From NCBI GenBank assembly GCA_031441465.1, contig JANOEP010000018.1, forward strand, positions 1 to 28,687: 28,687 bases of DNA. Direction: 5' to 3'. Position numbers and translations under genes: made by a program. This stretch comes from a bacterium (lineage in GTDB: Bacteria; Krumholzibacteriota; Krumholzibacteriia; LZORAL124-64-63). The notes under the pieces were generated by a model. The model had not been told where the DNA came from, ran no database searches, and was given only the letters and a program-made list of their open reading frames with translations. This document shows positions 25,652 to 28,687 of this stretch, one piece after another. Position 1 is the first letter of the stretch. Every line of letters begins with the position of its first letter.

Positions 25652-27580
25652 ATGGCTGAGAACACGGCAACCGCGAAAGGCCAACCCAGCGGCCTGAGAC
25701 CCTTGTTCTTCACGGAGATGTGGGAACGCCTCGGCTTCTACCTGATGCTCGGCATCCTGCTGCTGTACATCACCGACTCCGAGCGCGGCGGCCTGGGCTT
25801 CTCGACGAAACTGGCCGCCGAGATCTACGGCACCTACATGGCCTTCGTCTACTTCACGCCCTTCATCGGCGGCATGATCGCCGACCGCTTCCTGGGCTTC
25901 CGCCGCTCCGTCTTCATCGGCGGCCTGCTGATGGCGGCCGGCTACTTCTGCCTCGGCGTGCGCAGCCTGCCGACATTCTACGCCGGGCTCACGCTGCTCT
26001 GCCTGGGCAACGGCCTGTTCAAGCCCAACATCTCGGCCATGGTCGGCAACCTCTACGCGCCGGGCGACCCGCGCCGCGACTCCGGCTTCAACATCTTCTA
26101 CATGGGCATCAACATCGGCGCCTCGCTGTCGGCGCTGCTGTCGGCCCCGCTGCGCAACCTGTGGTCGTTCAACCTGGCCTTCACCGCCGCCGGCGTGGGC
26201 CTGCTGGTCGGCGTCGTGATCCTGTCGTTCAACTGGCGCCAGCTCGCCAAGGCCGACCGCCAGACCGAGCGCAGCGCCGACGACATCTCCTTCAAGCAGG
26301 TGATCCTGACGATCCTGCTGCCGGCCGGCGCGTTCGGCGTCATCGGCTACTTCATCGGCGGCAAGATCCCGTTCATCCAGAACACCGTCGGGGCCATCAC
26401 CTGCGGCTTCATCGTGGGCATGCTGCCGGTGATCACCTACTTCGCGCTCATCGTCCGCCGGGCCTCCCCCGCCGAGAAGCCGGGCCTGACGGCCCTGATC
26501 CCGGTCTACGTCGCCGGCGGCGCCTTCTTCATGATCCTGCACCTCAGCGGCGGCCTGATGACCGTGTTCGCGGAGCGCAACACCGACCGCCGCGCCGAGT
26601 GGATCCCCACGGCCACCGAGTTCTACGCCCAGAAGGCCATGCCCTCCTACTTCAGCAACGCCGGCGCGGAACTGCCGCGCCCCGACGAGCGCACGCTGCT
26701 GACGGTGACCCCCGAGGACGAGGCCATGTTCGGCGCCCGTATCCTGAGCGACCGGCTCGTGACCACCCTGGGCGCCGACGCCGGGCTGCGCGTGCTGCAG
26801 GCCGAATCCGTTCCCGTCGACCAGCGCTTCCTCACCTGCAAGGTCGTCGCCGCGTCCGACGTGAAGATCTCCACCGGTACCGACGCCCACGGCGTGCCGA
26901 CCACCACCGCCAAGGCCGCCGAGGGCGCGGCGGTCCTGGACGAGGTGGTCGTGGCCCGGGCCATCGATGGCCGCGACGTGCCGGTGCTGCTGGTCTCGCC
27001 CGTCACCCGCGAGGCCGTCTACAAGCGCGCTGACGCCGGCACTCCGACCCTGCCGCCCGGAAAGTTCGTGCGCCTGATCAACGCCGAGATGCTGACCGGC
27101 CTGCTCAACCCCCTGTTCGTGGTGCTGATGACCCCGGTGATCGTGGCCTTCTTCACCCGGATGGCGACCCGCGGCCGCGCCGTCACCACGGCCCGCAAGA
27201 TCTTCATCGGCATGCTCATCACCACCGCCTCGCTGCTGATCATCGCCCTGGGCGCCAGCCTGGGCCACGACGGGGCGGCCAAGACCGGCATGATCTGGAT
27301 GGTGATCTACTACCTGGTGATCACTTGCGGCGAGCTGTGCCTGTCGCCGATGGGCCTGTCCCTGGTCACCAAGCTGTCGCCCAAGCGCCTGGTCGGCCTG
27401 ATGATGGGCGGCTGGTTCCTATCGACCTCGATCGGCAACAAGCTGTCCGGCTTCATCAGTGGGCTCGAGCCGAGCACCCAGATGTTCGTCATCCTCGCCG
27501 TGGCGATCCTCGGCGTGGCCGGCTTCATCTTCGTGATGCTGCCGAAGCTCGACGCCGCCATCAAGAAGTACGGCGCCTGA
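25652..27580 (+). CDS. POT/PTR-family proton-dependent oligopeptide transporter (MFS)
   Basis: FTEMWERLGFY (ExxER), GNGLFKPN, FYMGINIG, GELCLSPMG; GGAGG RBS before ATG 25652. Confidence 0.93.
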   Translation: MAENTATAKGQPSGLRPLFFTEMWERLGFYLMLGILLLYITDSERGGLGFSTKLAAEIYGTYMAFVYFTPFIGGMIADRFLGFRRSVFIGGLLMAAGYFCLGVRSLPTFYAGLTLLCLGNGLFKPNISAMVGNLYAPGDPRRDSGFNIFYMGINIGASLSALLSAPLRNLWSFNLAFTAAGVGLLVGVVILSFNWRQLAKADRQTERSADDISFKQVILTILLPAGAFGVIGYFIGGKIPFIQNTVGAITCGFIVGMLPVITYFALIVRRASPAEKPGLTALIPVYVAGGAFFMILHLSGGLMTVFAERNTDRRAEWIPTATEFYAQKAMPSYFSNAGAELPRPDERTLLTVTPEDEAMFGARILSDRLVTTLGADAGLRVLQAESVPVDQRFLTCKVVAASDVKISTGTDAHGVPTTTAKAAEGAAVLDEVVVARAIDGRDVPVLLVSPVTREAVYKRADAGTPTLPPGKFVRLINAEMLTGLLNPLFVVLMTPVIVAFFTRMATRGRAVTTARKIFIGMLITTASLLIIALGASLGHDGAAKTGMIWMVIYYLVITCGELCLSPMGLSLVTKLSPKRLVGLMMGGWFLSTSIGNKLSGFISGLEPSTQMFVILAVAILGVAGFIFVMLPKLDAAIKKYGA

Positions 27581-27604
27581 GCCGGGCGACTGCGGATCGG
27601 TGCG

Positions 27605-27635
27605 GAGGCCCCCGTCGGTCGGGGGCCTCTTTTTT
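27605..27635 (+). terminator. Rho-independent terminator of the POT gene
   Basis: gaggcccccg / cgggggcctc stem followed by T6. Confidence 0.88.
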
Positions 27636-27714
27636 ACCACAAGAAAAACACGAAATATCGCGATTTATGGTTCATTGGCGACATGTCGTGAGTCGATATG
27701 ATCAACCTTCGGCA

Positions 27715-27769
27715 TAACTTATTGTCCCACAATGAGGATATTGATCACAGGATTGGCACACCTCATGCC
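27715..27769 (+). promoter_or_regulatory. Putative sigma54 promoter with upstream IHF-like site
   Basis: TTGGCACA-CCTC-ATGC (GG 27755-56, GC 27767-68); TAA-CTTA-TTG at 27715-24 matches the IHF core YAANNNNTTG. Confidence 0.65.
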
Positions 27770-27779
27770 TAAGCAGTAA

Positions 27780-27937
27780 GTGCGGATCAGGGGCGGTCGC
27801 TGGACCTGTATCTCCCTCCAACCCCCACAGGCCCTTCGGCCGCCCCCACCCCCCGCACGGGTGATGGGCCGCACAACACCTAGCTCGACACCTCCCGTAA
27901 AAGAGAGACCGGAGCCACCCAGGCTCCGGTCTTTTTT
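27780..27937 (+). ncRNA. Putative sigma54-dependent small RNA (~160 nt)
   Basis: Promoter, then two foldable stem-loops, then a terminator, with no credible ORF; C-rich loop UCUCCCUCC. Confidence 0.55.
27899..27937. terminator. Intrinsic terminator, possibly bidirectional
   Basis: agaccggagcc / ggctccggtct stem; T-run on the + side and A-rich run on the other side. Confidence 0.82.
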
Positions 27938-27954
27938 GATCGCCCCCGGCCGGA

Positions 27955-28455
27955 TCAGAAGTAGTAGTAGACGCCGGCCTGAGGGAAGAGCATCAGGGTG
28001 TCCTTGTTCCCTCGATCGATGAACGTCGCCTCGACCTGGACGGCCGTGCGCTCGCCGAAGAGCCGTTCCAACCCCACGCCGAAACCCACATTGAAGTGGT
28101 CGCGGGTACGACCGGATTCCTGGTGGTAGAAGTGTGCGACCCCGAGTCCGCAGTAGAGCTTGTCGCGCCCGCTCTGGCGCAGGATGTACTGCAGCTCCAG
28201 GCCCAGGTTGTGGCGCTTGTCGTTCTGGTTGTTCCAGACGCCGCCGCTGGCCTGGACGTAGAGCCACCACTTCACCGGAAACTTGTAGGCGAGCCCGACG
28301 CCGCTGCCGAGGCCGAGGTTCAGCCCGAGCGCCTCGTACATCGGGTCGTCGAGGCGGTTCCAGTCCAGGGTCTGCGCCCGTGCGGGCGCGGGCAGCACGT
28401 GCACGGAAGCGAGCAGCAGCAGCACGATCAACAGGATCCGCGAACCGGGACGCAT
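27955..28455 (-). CDS. Small outer-membrane beta-barrel protein
   Basis: ATG 28455 with GGAGG RBS; signal peptide; about 8 amphipathic strands; C-terminal beta-signal AGVYYYF. Confidence 0.8.
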   Translation of the reverse strand: MRPGSRILLIVLLLLASVHVLPAPARAQTLDWNRLDDPMYEALGLNLGLGSGVGLAYKFPVKWWLYVQASGGVWNNQNDKRHNLGLELQYILRQSGRDKLYCGLGVAHFYHQESGRTRDHFNVGFGVGLERLFGERTAVQVEATFIDRGNKDTLMLFPQAGVYYYF

Positions 28456-28615
28456 GGACGACCTCCGTGTCGAACGATCAGCGAGAGCCTCGGGTCGGAC
28501 AACCCCGCCCCTCGGCGCCGGGTTCCCGAGCCGCACGATACCACGTCCCCTTCCACCCCGCACTCATTTACGGTTGCGCGTAGCGACATCTCGTCCAGGA
28601 GACATGCACCCGCCC

Positions 28616-28687
28616 GGTCGGGGGTGTCTGCAGGCTGCCTGCGCCAGGAGGGCGCAGGCAGCCGAAAGCCAAGCGCGCCGGACACAG
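28616..28687 (-). repeat. Structured repeat copy 2 (inverted, truncated by window end)
   Basis: Matches the reverse complement of the copy 1 core, including the identical 21-mer cctgcgccaggagggcgcagg; 13-bp stem 28633-28663. Confidence 0.8.

Noticed and set aside
24644..27268. 874-aa minus-strand ORF (likewise 19441-21381, 21365-23089, 9337-10686, 13508-15319)
   Set aside because: Antisense shadows of well-supported high-GC3 genes; no motifs and skewed composition
27780..28022. 80-aa ORF as the product of the sigma54 promoter
   Set aside because: Pro/Arg-rich, runs through the terminator into the convergent gene, and has no RBS; a leaderless peptide is not strictly excluded

Overview
This is a high-GC bacterial chromosomal segment. 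Two secreted proteins carry a 'PNPFNP...SGVY' FlgD-Ig/T9SS-type C-terminal domain, suggesting an FCB-superphylum lineage such as Krumholzibacteria/Latescibacteria/Eisenbacteria (inference). The left ~9.4 kb looks accessory. It holds the 5' part of an IS1-like transposase missed by the ORF track, a secreted SGNH-like protein, a GGDEF cyclase flanked by a 53-bp imperfect direct repeat, a small membrane protein plus orphan sugar transferase, a PA2779-like Gly-Gly protein paired with a C39 peptidase-TPR-POTRA-beta-barrel fusion, and SRPBCC, AlkA-like and alpha/beta-hydrolase genes. The rest holds DUF1015-serA-serC, a TPR-GT9-GT4-GT-C envelope operon, mqnD, a secreted metallophosphoesterase, an ACE-like M2 peptidase, arsR-arsM, a POT transporter with a large inserted loop and a small outer-membrane barrel. 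Best candidates for novelty: (1) the sigma54-driven PA2779-like / C39-Omp85-type fusion pair; (2) a putative sigma54-dependent ~160-nt sRNA with an anti-Shine-Dalgarno loop; (3) a three-copy covarying multi-hairpin repeat. No tRNA, rRNA or CRISPR array was seen. All family calls come from motif recognition by eye, not database searches.
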